Part shown: in pieces, positions 9,258-20,199 of the stretch
Position numbering within the stretch: position 1 is the first letter of the stretch
Layout of the letters: every line of letters begins with the position of its first letter
Assembly: GCF_006345805.1 (NCBI RefSeq)
Contig: NW_021832724.1
Span: 1 to 33,461 of the forward strand
Length of the DNA stretch: 33,461 nt
Direction of reading: 5' to 3'
Origin: Octopus sinensis
Taxonomy: Eukaryota
Notes under the pieces: generated by a model
The model's database searches: none
What the model saw: the letters and a program-made list of their open reading frames with translations, nothing else
What the model was told of the DNA's origin: nothing
Position numbers and translations under genes: made by a program

Positions 9258-10919
9258 CTCTCCATATATATATATATATGTATATATTTCATTCTTTCAT
9301 TTATTTGTATTAAAAAAACACACAAATTTCCACTCGAAAGCACGTGATCTCTGCCCTTGGCTTGTAGCTTCAACCGTGTTTTTCTGACGTGAATTTGCTA
9401 CCCGGGTATCGGTTAACCGAATTATCCATACTAGGATAATTCATTCAACTACTTATACATATATATATATATATATATATGAGCAATAATAAATCTCTGA
9501 ACGAGGTATAGACAGTAACTGCACGACAATACGGCAAATATACCTCACATATATATATATATGTGCGTGTGTGTGTGTGTGTATAGATAGATATAGATAT
9601 AGATAGACAGATAGATAGATAGATACACACACAAATGCACACACACACACACACTCACACACACACACATATATATATTTTTGGGCAGTCTTTTCCTTTT
9701 TTCGTATCCAAAAGCTTTTAACCTAATATTTAACGCTATTATATATAGTTTTATCTACTACGAGTTTCAAAAAAAATGTTTTCATGTTCTCTCGAAATTG
9801 ATAATGTGTGGTGTGTATATATATATATATATGTATACACACATACACACACACACACACACATACACACACACACATATATATATATACACATATATAT
9901 GTATATATGTATATACATATATTATATGTATAAATTTATTATCATGTTCTCTCGAAATTTACAATGTATGTATACACACGCATGCACACACAAACAAACA
10001 CACACACATACACACATATTATATCTGCGTGTGTGTAAGAATTTATGATTTCGAGAGAACTTGAGATAATTCTTGTTTGAAAGGGTGAAACACAAAGTAG
10101 ATAAATCTATAAGTAATAACCGAAAGAAGCCCTTTACACACACACACACACACACACATTATATATATATATATGTATATCTTTATGTATGTGTTTGTGT
10201 GTGTGCACGTGTGAATGTGTGTGTGTGTGCGTGCATGTGTGTATGCGTGTGTATATTTACATATAAGGGTCGGAATGGTTGTACATGAAGCATTTTTCAT
10301 CGTACCACTTTTGGATCACGACTGTTATGACCAAGAACAATAACAGCAAAAGCGAAACAGCAAATGATTTTTTACCTGGACACAGAGTTTGCTAGAAATA
10401 ACAGCTAATTATCTTCCCTTAAATATTACACTCTTCTAACCAGTCAAATGTAAGACAAAAATAGATCTAGTTCTGGTGCGACAGTCATAAAAAGAACGCT
10501 TTTAATTATAGGTATGCTATCACAGGGATGACTCGGTGCTACACAAAATAAACATCACGTTTGTTATCAGTCAAAAAAACCACAAACAAGGTTATTAATA
10601 GTCAAAGCACTTCCACGATTAGATTTGTTGTGTAATATAAAGGAATTTCATCGTAACTCGCTACGCCAAATTTCACTCACAGAATGGACTTAATCGAATA
10701 GTCTCTCCCAAAGATAAACTCGGAGTAGTAAATTAGTAACGTGGAAGCTCTAGGCACGTGACATGCGGTGTGTGTTAAAAATTAATTAAATTTAAGTAAT
10801 ACGTAGTTGAAAATTCTTATCTCTAAGAGTGACTGATTTGCGAGTGTGTTTCTATGGTTTGGTGTGTGGGTATATATATAAATGCACCTGTGGATGATAG
10901 TGCGTGTGACAGTGTGTGT

Positions 10920-10957
<38 letters not shown>

Positions 10958-11154
10958 GAAAGAGGTGAAGCTTATCGTGGAGTAAGTAGGTGCGAATCTA
11001 TACACGTAGGGTAGACAGATAAGTGGGAATCGTGTAGGGCGGAATATCAAGAAGGAAATAGACACATTGGTAGCCGATATTTTATCGTTAATTAAGAAGA
11101 TAATTATGCTGGGAGAAGAACACTGAGAATGATGGTGTGAGATATGTTAAAAAA

Positions 11155-11156
11155 TA

Positions 11157-11220
<64 letters not shown>

Positions 11221-11690
11221 ATATTATACATCTCATATGTATGCATATATACATGTATATATATATATCTATACACACACAGACACACACACACACATAT
11301 ATCTATATATTAGTTACAATGTATATATACATATATGTGTTCATATATATATACACACACACCATATATATATATATTATATATATATATATATCATATA
11401 TATATACATATATATATCGTAATATATATATATATTATACATTTATTATTTATATATACTATATTATATATTATATATATATATATTATATATACATATG
11501 CGTTTTTAATTTATGTATATCTATATATTATATATATGACTAAAACAAATAAAACACTATACTATATAAATATTATATAATATATTTATAATATATAGTA
11601 TGTTATATTTATATTATTTATACAAATATATTATATATATATATTTATTACATATATATGTATATATACTATATATGTATACACACACAC

Positions 11691-11738
<48 letters not shown>

Positions 11739-11790
11739 TTGTATGCACCCTAACTAAAAGACACATACACACGCACTCGCTCTATGCGCC

Positions 11791-11830
<40 letters not shown>
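11155..11830. repeat. Degenerate (TA)n/(CA)n low-complexity tract
   Basis: Directly visible. Confidence 0.95.
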
Positions 11831-12103
11831 TCACACACACACGTTTTTCCTTATATGCACTCAAATTAAACACCCAATAACTATTTATATAATCACGCAG
11901 TTGAAAATACAATGTATACATGTTTGTACTAAACATGTACTGAATGTTTTGTAATTTTTGTTTGTCAAAATATATATATATTTTTTTATGTTTCCTTTTC
12001 TTCGTTTATTTAGAATTATTACGGCAATCGCCAATATATAAGCTTTCCTCATACATGTACATAGATACATACATGCACACACACACACGCACACACACAC
12101 ATA

Positions 12104-12161
12104 TAAGGGTAGACGTGTCTGTGGAGAGCTCAGCCACTTGCATGTTAATTTCACGAGCTGG
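12104..12161 (+). mobile_element. SINE family C 3' fragment
   Basis: TAAGGGTAGACGTGTCTGTGGAGAGCTCAGCCACTTGCATGTTAATTTCACGAGC matches 24174-24191 joined to 24416-24452, i.e. the uninterrupted form. Confidence 0.8.
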
Positions 12162-12186
12162 CCAGGATATATATATATATATATAT

Positions 12187-12402
12187 ACTCTTTTATTTTT
12201 ACTTGTTTCAGTCATTTGACTGCGGCCATACTGGAGCACCGCCTTTTAGTCGAGCAAATCAATCCCAGGACTTATTCTTTGTAAGCCTAGTACTTATCCT
12301 ATCGGTCTGTTTCTTTTGCCGAACCGCTAAGTTACGGGGACGTAAACACACCAGCATCGGTTATCAAGCTATGTTGGGGAGACAAACACAGACATACAAA
12401 CG

Positions 12403-12456
<54 letters not shown>

Positions 12457-12619
12457 ATATATACGACGGGCTTCTTTCAGTTTCCGTCTACCAAATCCAC
12501 TCACAAGGCTTTGGTTCTGCCCGAGGCTATAGTAGAAGGCACTTGCCCAAGGTGCCACGCCGTGGAACTCAACCCGGAACTGTGTGGTTGGTAAGCAAGC
12601 TACTTACCACACAGCCACT
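12187..12619 (-). mobile_element. SINE family B, near full length
   Basis: Reverse complement of the B consensus from AGTGGCTGTGTGGTAAG to GACTGAAACAAGTAAAA; internal (TA)/(CA) tract; no TSD seen. Confidence 0.93.
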
Positions 12620-12732
12620 TGAGGGAATCGGTATATTATTGTTATTTTATATTTAATATTTATATTATATGTAATTTTCTAGATGGTGTAATTTAATGTT
12701 TCATTTTGAATTGATAAAAGGTGTTTTTTCTA

Positions 12733-12766
<34 letters not shown>

Positions 12767-13317
12767 ACATTTATATACAAATATATATACATATTCATAT
12801 ACAAATATATATATACGCATATATATATGTATATGTTTTTGTATGTGTGTATTAATCGTCAATTGGTGAGGTTGATACATCGTCAAAAAATACTGTCCAT
12901 AATTTTGCAAGTTTAAATTTGGTCCTAGACGTCCTAGGTGCGCCTGAATCAGTTATCTTCCTCCCATCATTTCTTTCTTTCTTTCTTTCCTTCTTTCCTT
13001 CTTTCTTTTTTTCTTGTCTCTCCCACCCCCTGCCTATTCCCTCACTCCACTCCACCCCCCCTCTCTATCTGTGTCACTCTGGAAGAAATTGGCATTAGAA
13101 AAACTTGAAAAAAAGAACTGTTTCAGAGGTTTACAGGTGCCAGGTACGATATTTGTTATGAAGACACTCTATCGGGAGACTGGAGCCCAAATATATGCCT
13201 TTTTAGATTGCCTTCATCCATATATATATTTGGTCTAACTTTATATCCCGTAACTTAATGGTTTAACCACTAAACTCCTGATACAAGAGAAACCAGACAA
13301 CAATATGTACTGAGATT

Positions 13318-13364
13318 CATATCATCATCTTCATCATCATCGTCATCATCATCATCATAATAAT

Positions 13365-13401
<37 letters not shown>

Positions 13402-13430
13402 GTCGCCGTCGTCGTCGTCGTCGTCGTCGT
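13318..13430. repeat. (CAT)n/(CGT)n microsatellite
   Basis: Directly visible. Confidence 0.95.
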
Positions 13431-13570
13431 AATTCTTGTAGGTTCTGTCTTGGCTGTACTTCAGTGACTGAAATGAGTAAGCAAATTTACTCATACACAA
13501 ACATATGCGCTCGCACACCCACCGACATAAAAAAGTGGCATGCAAATGTGCTTATATATACATACATACA

Positions 13571-13637
<67 letters not shown>

Positions 13638-13646
13638 ACACATAAA

Positions 13647-13771
13647 TCTATATTCATTCATTCGTGTATTCCTGTGAGCACAGGCATATATGAATATATA
13701 TAAAAATATATACATTTTATACACATATGTGTATACAGATATGTATATAAATACACATATATAAATATATT

Positions 13772-13804
<33 letters not shown>

Positions 13805-14032
13805 TCAAGTATGTTTGTGTATATATATGAATACACACCAACACACACACATATGTATATATACATCTATATTCATATATTCGTGTATTCCTGTGAGCAT
13901 AGGCATATATGTATATATATTTATATAAATATATACATTTTATACACATATATGTATACATATATGTGTATAAATACACACACACATATATAAATATATT
14001 CACACACGCATATATAAATATTCATGTATGTT

Positions 14033-14070
<38 letters not shown>

Positions 14071-14100
14071 TACACACACACACACACACACAAACACACA
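13647..14100. repeat. Tandem duplication of a ~219-bp compound-microsatellite unit
   Basis: Non-repetitive anchor TTCGTGTATTCCTGTGAGCA at 13661 and 13880, with the same order of flanking tracts. Confidence 0.85.
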
Positions 14101-14387
14101 CATATACACATATATATGTTATGATATGCACACTCGCATATTTCCGAAATATAATATCCAAATATGTCGTTGACCAACCAAGGTATTAGCCTATCAGATT
14201 GCTGGATAAAGATATAAAAATATTGTAGATGTGGCGCCGATTATGGTAATAATTAGAAAATACAGCACCCCTAGCGGTTAAGGCCACCTACATGCATGTA
14301 GGGATACTCGCGTGGTACATGTCTCTACCTTACAGGTAGAAGGGAGAAGACAAACGAAAAAATCATTCAAAAAATTGTTATCAGTCG

Positions 14388-14961
14388 GTGCATGCATAGC
14401 TGTGTGGTTAACAAGCTTGTTTTGCAGCCTTGTATTTTCGCGTTCACCTCCACTGCGAGGCACCTTAGCATTGACCAATGGCTGTACCTGCAAACTTACG
14501 GTTCAGCAAAAAATGCGTTGCTCATCTGTCGAAGCAAGGAGGACCATCTGGCAATCCTGGGGATCCTGGTGTCGAGGTTGGACTTTGCGGCTGCGTTGAT
14601 GATTGATCAAACCAAGCCGCGCTAATAAGGTTCTCGGTTTCTGGGTCAATGCGGACAAGGATTAGTGGTAGTACATGGGGAATTTAATGGCCCCGGTTTT
14701 CCTGGTCTGTTTGCGTTGCTAAGCTGAAGCACTCCTGTTGACTTCGCAGGTTTGCATGGTGTTACAGACAGCTGACCATCATTTGCTTCTGTCCCGAAGT
14801 ATCTGCTTTCATGTCACATGGCTGATGCTAAAGGCCTTCATGGACTTTTAAAGCGAAATTTATACATAAGTACTTGAGACAATTTGTTCCATTAAAAACA
14901 TTCAAGGTGGTGTCCCAGCATGGCCGCAGTTCGATAACTGAAACAAGCAAAAAATAAAAGA
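14388..14961 (+). mobile_element. Old SINE family B copy interrupted by an RTE fragment
   Basis: Head GCTGTGTGGTTAACAAGCTTG...CCACTGCGAGGCACCTT; mid-body AACTTACGGTTCAGCAAAA up to about 14512; tail resumes ATAAGTACT...CCAGCATGGCCGCAG...CTGAAACAAG at about 14866-14961. Confidence 0.65.
14514..14855 (-). pseudogene. BovB/RTE-1-like LINE 3' end remnant
   Basis: Minus strand, across stops: MKAFSISHVT*KQILRDRSK*WSAV...TCEVNRSASA*QRKQTRK...CPH*PR...LARLGLINHQRS, the typical RTE C-terminus with one terminal zinc-finger-like motif. Confidence 0.8.
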
Positions 14962-15049
14962 TTATTATCTACTAAATGTACAAATGAAGGATTTTTTTAA
15001 TGAAATAATAGATCTATATAATATCATACTAAATTAATTGTAAAATTAT

Positions 15050-15495
15050 TATTGGTTTCAAATTTAACACAAGGCCAGTATTTTCAGGGAAGGGGTTAGT
15101 CATTTGAGTGCGGCCATGCTGGAGTACCGCCTTTAGTCGAGCAAATCGACCCCCAGGACTTATTCTTTGTAAGCCTAGTACTTATTATATCGGTCTTTTT
15201 TGCCGAACCGCTACGTTACGGGGACGTAAACACACCAGCATCGGATGTCAAGCGATGTTGTGGGGGGGGGGAAACACAGACACACAAACATATACACACA
15301 TACATATATATACATATATATACATATATACGACAGGCTTCTTTCAGTTTCCGTCTACCAAATTCACTCACAAGGCTTTGGTCAGCCCGAAGTTATAGTA
15401 GAAGACACTTGCCCAAGATGCCACGCAGTGGGTCTGAACCCCGGAACCATGTGGTTCGTAAGCAAGATACTTACCACACAGCCACCCTTGCGCCT
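15050..15495 (-). mobile_element. Chimeric SINE: family B head and body plus family A3 tail, with probable TSD
   Basis: B sequence 15099-15495 joins A3 tail 15050-15098 at a shared GACT; ATTGTAAAATTAT (15037-15049) and ATTGTAAATTAT (15496-15507) flank the whole unit. Confidence 0.8.
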
Positions 15496-15683
15496 ATTGT
15501 AAATTATCTTTAAAGAATATTTTCATATTTAGCATCACTCCTGCGGTTAGTATCGAAGCTGTGAGGCTACGTATGTGATAAATGTAGCGTTTAAGAGAAC
15601 ATTTAGAGGTGGGAGGAAATATGACGAAATATATTTTAAAAATATGATATATATCATTAAAATCTAAATGAAATATTTCCAAC

Positions 15684-15892
15684 ATTGGTTTCAAATTTTG
15701 GCACAAGGCCAGCAATTTCGGAGCAGGTAGTAAATCGATTACATCGACCCCGAGACCCCAGTGCTCAACTGGTACTTATTTTTATCGATCCTGAATGGAT
15801 GAAAGGTCAAGACGACCTCGGCGGAATTTGAACTCAGAACGTACTGAAGGATTTTGCCCGACATGCTAACGATTCTTCCAGCTCGCCTCCTT
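15684..15892 (-). mobile_element. SINE family A (tail variant A3)
   Basis: Minus strand GGCGAGCTGG...GTTCTGAGTTCAAATTCCGCCGAGGTC...GGCCTTGTGCCAAAATTTGAAACCAAT. Confidence 0.88.
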
Positions 15893-15911
15893 CAAAATAC
15901 TTCTTATATTA

Positions 15912-15993
15912 ACGTTCTGGGTTCAAATTCCACCGAGGTTAACCTTTGTCTTTCATCTTTTCGGGGTCGATTAAATAAGAACCAGTAGAGTAC

Positions 15994-15994
<1 letters not shown>
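15912..15994 (+). mobile_element. SINE family A internal fragment, inverted relative to its neighbour
   Basis: ACGTTCTGGGTTCAAATTCCACCGAGG...TCGGGGTCGATTAAATAAGAACCAGT. Confidence 0.8.
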
Positions 15995-16029
<35 letters not shown>

Positions 16030-16142
16030 GGTTATGTATAGAGTTTCAGGAAGTTATAATTGCAAACTTACAGACTCACATAAATAGGCAACGTATATGT
16101 ATACAGGTAAACTTAAAACCACAATGTATGTATCTCTCTTTC

Positions 16143-16204
<62 letters not shown>

Positions 16205-16206
<2 letters not shown>

Positions 16207-16389
16207 CCGGAGTGACCGTTATTTCTAAAGGGCCAATCAAACAAGTCCAATTTTAAAGGTGTAGCGTTTGTAAGAGTCTGGATTGAATTGATACATCCGT
16301 TCCATTCTAACAAAAACTGTCTGATGAACGGCAACGAGAAACTCAGAGTAACAGATTTTGTTGAATTTTCTGCTGCTTTAAATAAAGTA

Positions 16390-16392
<3 letters not shown>
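16205..16392 (+). mobile_element. Short element within a (TA)n tract, putative Penelope pLTR-derived
   Basis: Non-repetitive 190 bp bounded by (TA)n on both sides; contains CTGATGA...GAAAC and a terminal AATAAA; its last ~40 bp recur at 33117-33157. Confidence 0.5.
16316..16349 (+). ncRNA. Minimal type I hammerhead-ribozyme-like motif, helix III essentially absent
   Basis: ACTGT-CTGATGA-A-CG(GCAA)CG-A-GAAAC-TC-AGAGT: intact CUGANGA and GAAA cores, 2-bp helix II with GNRA loop, helix I 4 of 5 paired. Confidence 0.35.
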
Positions 16393-16441
<49 letters not shown>

Positions 16442-16498
16442 CATTAATATGTATGTATCTCTTTCTCTCTCTCTCTTCTCTCTCTCTCTCTCTCTCTC

Positions 16499-16548
<50 letters not shown>

Positions 16549-17164
16549 GATTACCTTTTGGAATGATTCGCGAAGATGTGGATTAGTTATCCGATTGGAT
16601 TCATATCATACTCCTGCAATTTTCGTGGACTACGACTAAATTGACTTTTAGATTATATATATAATTATCATAGTCGGGTATAATTTTATTTTATATGCTT
16701 TTCTCTTTAAATTTTCAGTCGATTTAGTAACTGTAATAATCTGTTTTCGATAATTTTTAATCGATATTTATATACGTTTTCTGGGCAGGTGCTGTGTATT
16801 TTATATTTCTTTATATATGATTTTTACCTAGTGTTTGTTTTATGTTTTCTGACATTTGAAAGCCATGGAATATATATAATATATAATGAAGTGTAGAAGC
16901 GTGGATATATAAAGTTTGATAACCTGAATGCAATGTTTGTTCTTAAATTATATTACTGGCTCAATACCATTTGAGCACTTCTCTGCAATCCTATATATAT
17001 ATTCGTCTTTTTCAATCGAAACAAAAATTTACTTCTTGTCTCATATATATATATATACATAGATAAATATATGCATATATAGATGCACATACATATTTAT
17101 GCATGTACAGGCAAACACATATTCACATATGTACACATATACAAATATTTAATGAAAGTTTTTT

Positions 17165-17363
17165 CACTCTTGTGACCGCGTGTGTACCTCTGTCTTCCCT
17201 TCTCTGGGTCTTTCCTTCTCCTATGTTTCCGACGAAGAGCTCCGCTCGAAACGTTAAACCCTCCTTCTTCCCTTCCTTCATGAGCGTCCAATAATACTAT
17301 ATGTGTTCCATGTCCTCGCGTTGTTGTGTGTTCTCTTTGTGTTTTCATGTCTGGATTAACTTT
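17165..17363 (+). mobile_element. Short pyrimidine-rich element ending at (TA)n, putative Penelope pLTR-derived
   Basis: Contains the hammerhead-like motif at 17225-17259, followed by a T-rich tail abutting (TA)n. The 5' boundary is uncertain. Confidence 0.55.
17225..17259 (+). ncRNA. Minimal type I hammerhead-ribozyme-like motif with palindromic helix III
   Basis: GTTT-CCGACGA-A-GAGC(TCC)GCTC-GAAAC-GTT-AAAC: helix I GTTT/AAAC, 4-bp helix II, AACGTT palindrome; one core deviation (U4 to C). Confidence 0.5.
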
Positions 17364-17374
17364 ATATATATATA

Positions 17375-17406
<32 letters not shown>

Positions 17407-18474
17407 GTATGGTCATATTTTGCCAGTTAAACACACGTACTATTGATATATATATATATATATATATACATATATATAGATATACATATATATGAAGAGA
17501 GAGAGAAAGAGAGAGGGGCAGAAAGAAAAAAGAAGTACAGATATAGATTGATAAAATGAAGAAGAAGAATTAAACGAGATCAGAAGACTGATATCAAATG
17601 TTAAAATTGTAAATGTATTAACGCATGCGCGCTACCCTAGCTGGCATCTATAATATATTTTATACTTTGTAACGCCGCGTTTTGTCTTTTTAAAAGTCCT
17701 TTATATTTTAATTGTTAATTTCATCACAAATATCTGCTTTCGGCCAGGCCAGAGTAGGTGGTCTTTAGTAAATAACCTCTTCACTTTTACCTCTTAACTC
17801 TCACTCGTATCTACCATTTAACTGCTGCCATACTAGGGTAGAGCCTTCAAAGGTTTAGTCAAGTGATTTTCAAGCATTTTTTTTTTGCCTATGGAGCCCT
17901 GTGATTCGTTTTTATTCGGATGGATCCCTATAGCTATTCAATGTTTAAAAAATCCTGTTACATTTTTATAATTAAATATTATTTGGGATTGTATAAAAAG
18001 TTGTTAAGCTATTTTGTGTACAGTAGAAGTATAACTGATTTATTACTCGTAATTTTTAACAACAAAATCATATATGGCCCCCTAAGGATTGAGTTTCCTA
18101 ATCAAGTTTCTTAACTACACAGCTTTGCCTACGTCTAAAGTGAAGCAAATAGAATCAATAAGGCGTAGGACAAAATGTTTTGAATACCGCAATGGACTTT
18201 AATTTTCATATTTTTTAATGTTGGCAAAATATATAATCGACCGTATACTGGTTCGATTCCAATGCATCTTTTCATAAATGATAAAAAGAAAAAGTAGGAA
18301 AAGTAAAAAATTAGTTCTGTTTAACGTTTGTAGAAAGTTACTTTACTCTTTTCATTGTCTCAATCATTGGACAACTGCCATGTTGGAGCAATGCCTCGTA
18401 AGTTTAGTTCAACACATCGATTGCCTGTCTTGAAAAAAATTACTTTCAAGATCATGAGCAAGGGTTCGAACAGG

Positions 18475-18697
18475 ATAATATTGAATCCAAGTTTTGGTAC
18501 GAGGCCGGCGATTTCTGAGGAGGTGGTCTCGTCGTTTACATCAACTGCAGTAGTGATCTGGTGGTTATTTTATCGATCCGGAAACGATGAAAGGCAAAAA
18601 TGACCTCGGCGGAATTTGAACACAGAACGTAAAGAGAGACGAAATGCCGCAAAACGTTTTGCCCAGCGTGTTAAAAGTCCTGCCAGCTCACCGCCTT
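18475..18697 (-). mobile_element. SINE family A (diverged A3-like tail)
   Basis: Minus strand GGCGGTGAGCTGGCAGG...GTTCTGTGTTCAAATTCCGCCGAGGTC...CCAAAACTTGGATTCAATATTAT. Confidence 0.82.
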
Positions 18698-18713
18698 CGG
18701 TCATAATAATATT

Positions 18714-18910
18714 GGTTTCAAATATTGGCACAAGGCCAGCAGGTTTGAAGAAGGGGCTTAATCGATTACAACGCCCCCAGTGATCAACGGGTAGTAATTT
18801 TATTGACCCCGAAAGGATGAAAGGCAAAGTCGACACCAATGGAATTTGAACTCAGAACATAAATGTGGACGAAATACCCAGCTTGCTAACGATTTTGCCA
18901 GCTCGTCGCA
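18714..18910 (-). mobile_element. SINE family A (A3 tail) with 18-bp TSD
   Basis: TTCGGTCATAATAATATT (18696-18713) and TTCGATCATAATAATATT (18911-18928), one mismatch. Confidence 0.85.
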
Positions 18911-19636
18911 TTCGATCATAATAATATTAACAAATGTCATGATCTTTAGGGTGGTGGTGGTGGTGGTGGTGGTGGATGTCATCATCATCATCATCACCAC
19001 CAACATCATCATCATAGACGCGATCATACTAAAATCCATAGAGCACCTGACAAAACTCACTGCAAGATATATAAATGTCTGTTTCCGTTTCCGTTTCCGT
19101 TATTGGCTCTTATCCCATTAGTATCAGCTAAGGCATCCATCTGCCTATCTTTCTGGGGTCGATAAAAAGAAGAGCCCTTAGGGATTCGTAATATAATCTT
19201 CAGGTTACACTTTTTCTTAAAATGGGAAAATTGGCTCGTCTTAAAAGTTCGTTGGTATCATTTGTTGCTGGTACTATCGTTGTTGTTATTGTTATTGGTA
19301 CCATGATGTCACCGAATACTAAATCCTTATCGCATTTTATTTAGTAATGTTTGTCTAATCTCCGTCAATTTTCCCGAAAAAAAAATGCGTATATCTGTTG
19401 ATATGTTCTTGTCTCGCGTTTATTATGGCAGAACATCAAAACAAATACACATTAAGAGTAAGAAATATGAACTACTCAAGCTCCTCCGGCATACGACTAT
19501 GAGCCAAAATTAAGCGGCAAATTAGAATAATACATAAGGAAGATATATTATGTATGGCTATGTGTGTCTGTGTATGAAAAAAACCCGAAATAAATAACCC
19601 CACCCATACACACATGCACGCATATATACATATTTG

Positions 19637-19868
19637 TTTCTTTACTACCCACAAGGGGCTAAACATAGAGGCGACACACAAGAACAGACAAACGAATTTA
19701 AGTCGATTATATCGACCCCAGTGCGTAACTGGTACTTAATTTATCGACCCCGAAAGGATGAAAGGCAAAGTCGACCTCGGCGGAATTTGAACTCGGAACG
19801 TAACGGTAGACGAAATACGGCTACGCATTTCGCCCGGCGTGCTAACGGTTCTGCCAGCTCGCCGCCTT
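19637..19868 (-). mobile_element. SINE family A (tail variant A1), full length
   Basis: Minus strand AAGGCGGCGAGCTGGCAGAACCGTTAGCACGCCGGGCG...GTTCCGAGTTCAAATTCC...TTTAGCCCCTTGTGGGTAGTAAAGAAA. Confidence 0.93.
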
Positions 19869-19921
19869 ATATACTTATATACATATATGCTCGCCGCATA
19901 ATACATATTAATATATGTAAA

Positions 19922-20168
19922 CCTCGGGCCGACCCAATCATTGTGACCAGAATCCTGTTGAGAGCGTGTATGCTTGTGTCTGTGATTGCCCCCTCCCATC
20001 ACCAGCTTTTGACAACCGGTGTTAGTGTATTTACGTCCCCGACCTCAATTAGTGATTTGGCAACAAGAAACCAATAAGTACTAGATTCGCTACGTTCGAT
20101 AAATCGTCCTAAAGACGATGCTCCAGCATGGCTGCAATACAATAACTGAAACATATAAAGCATAAAAG
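19922..20168 (+). mobile_element. SINE family B 3' portion, diverged
   Basis: CTCGGGCCGACC...TTGACAACCGGTGTTAGTGTATTTACGTCCCC...GATGCTCCAGCATGGCTGCA...CTGAAAC. Confidence 0.7.
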
Positions 20169-20199
20169 ATGAAAAAATATGCTGAAGATATTTTGTAAA

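Noticed and set aside
13115-13196. Faint resemblance (VSE...DI...MKTLY...WSPN) to a DNA-transposase C-terminal motif
   Set aside because: Requires several frameshifts and a deletion; too degenerate to support without an HMM search.
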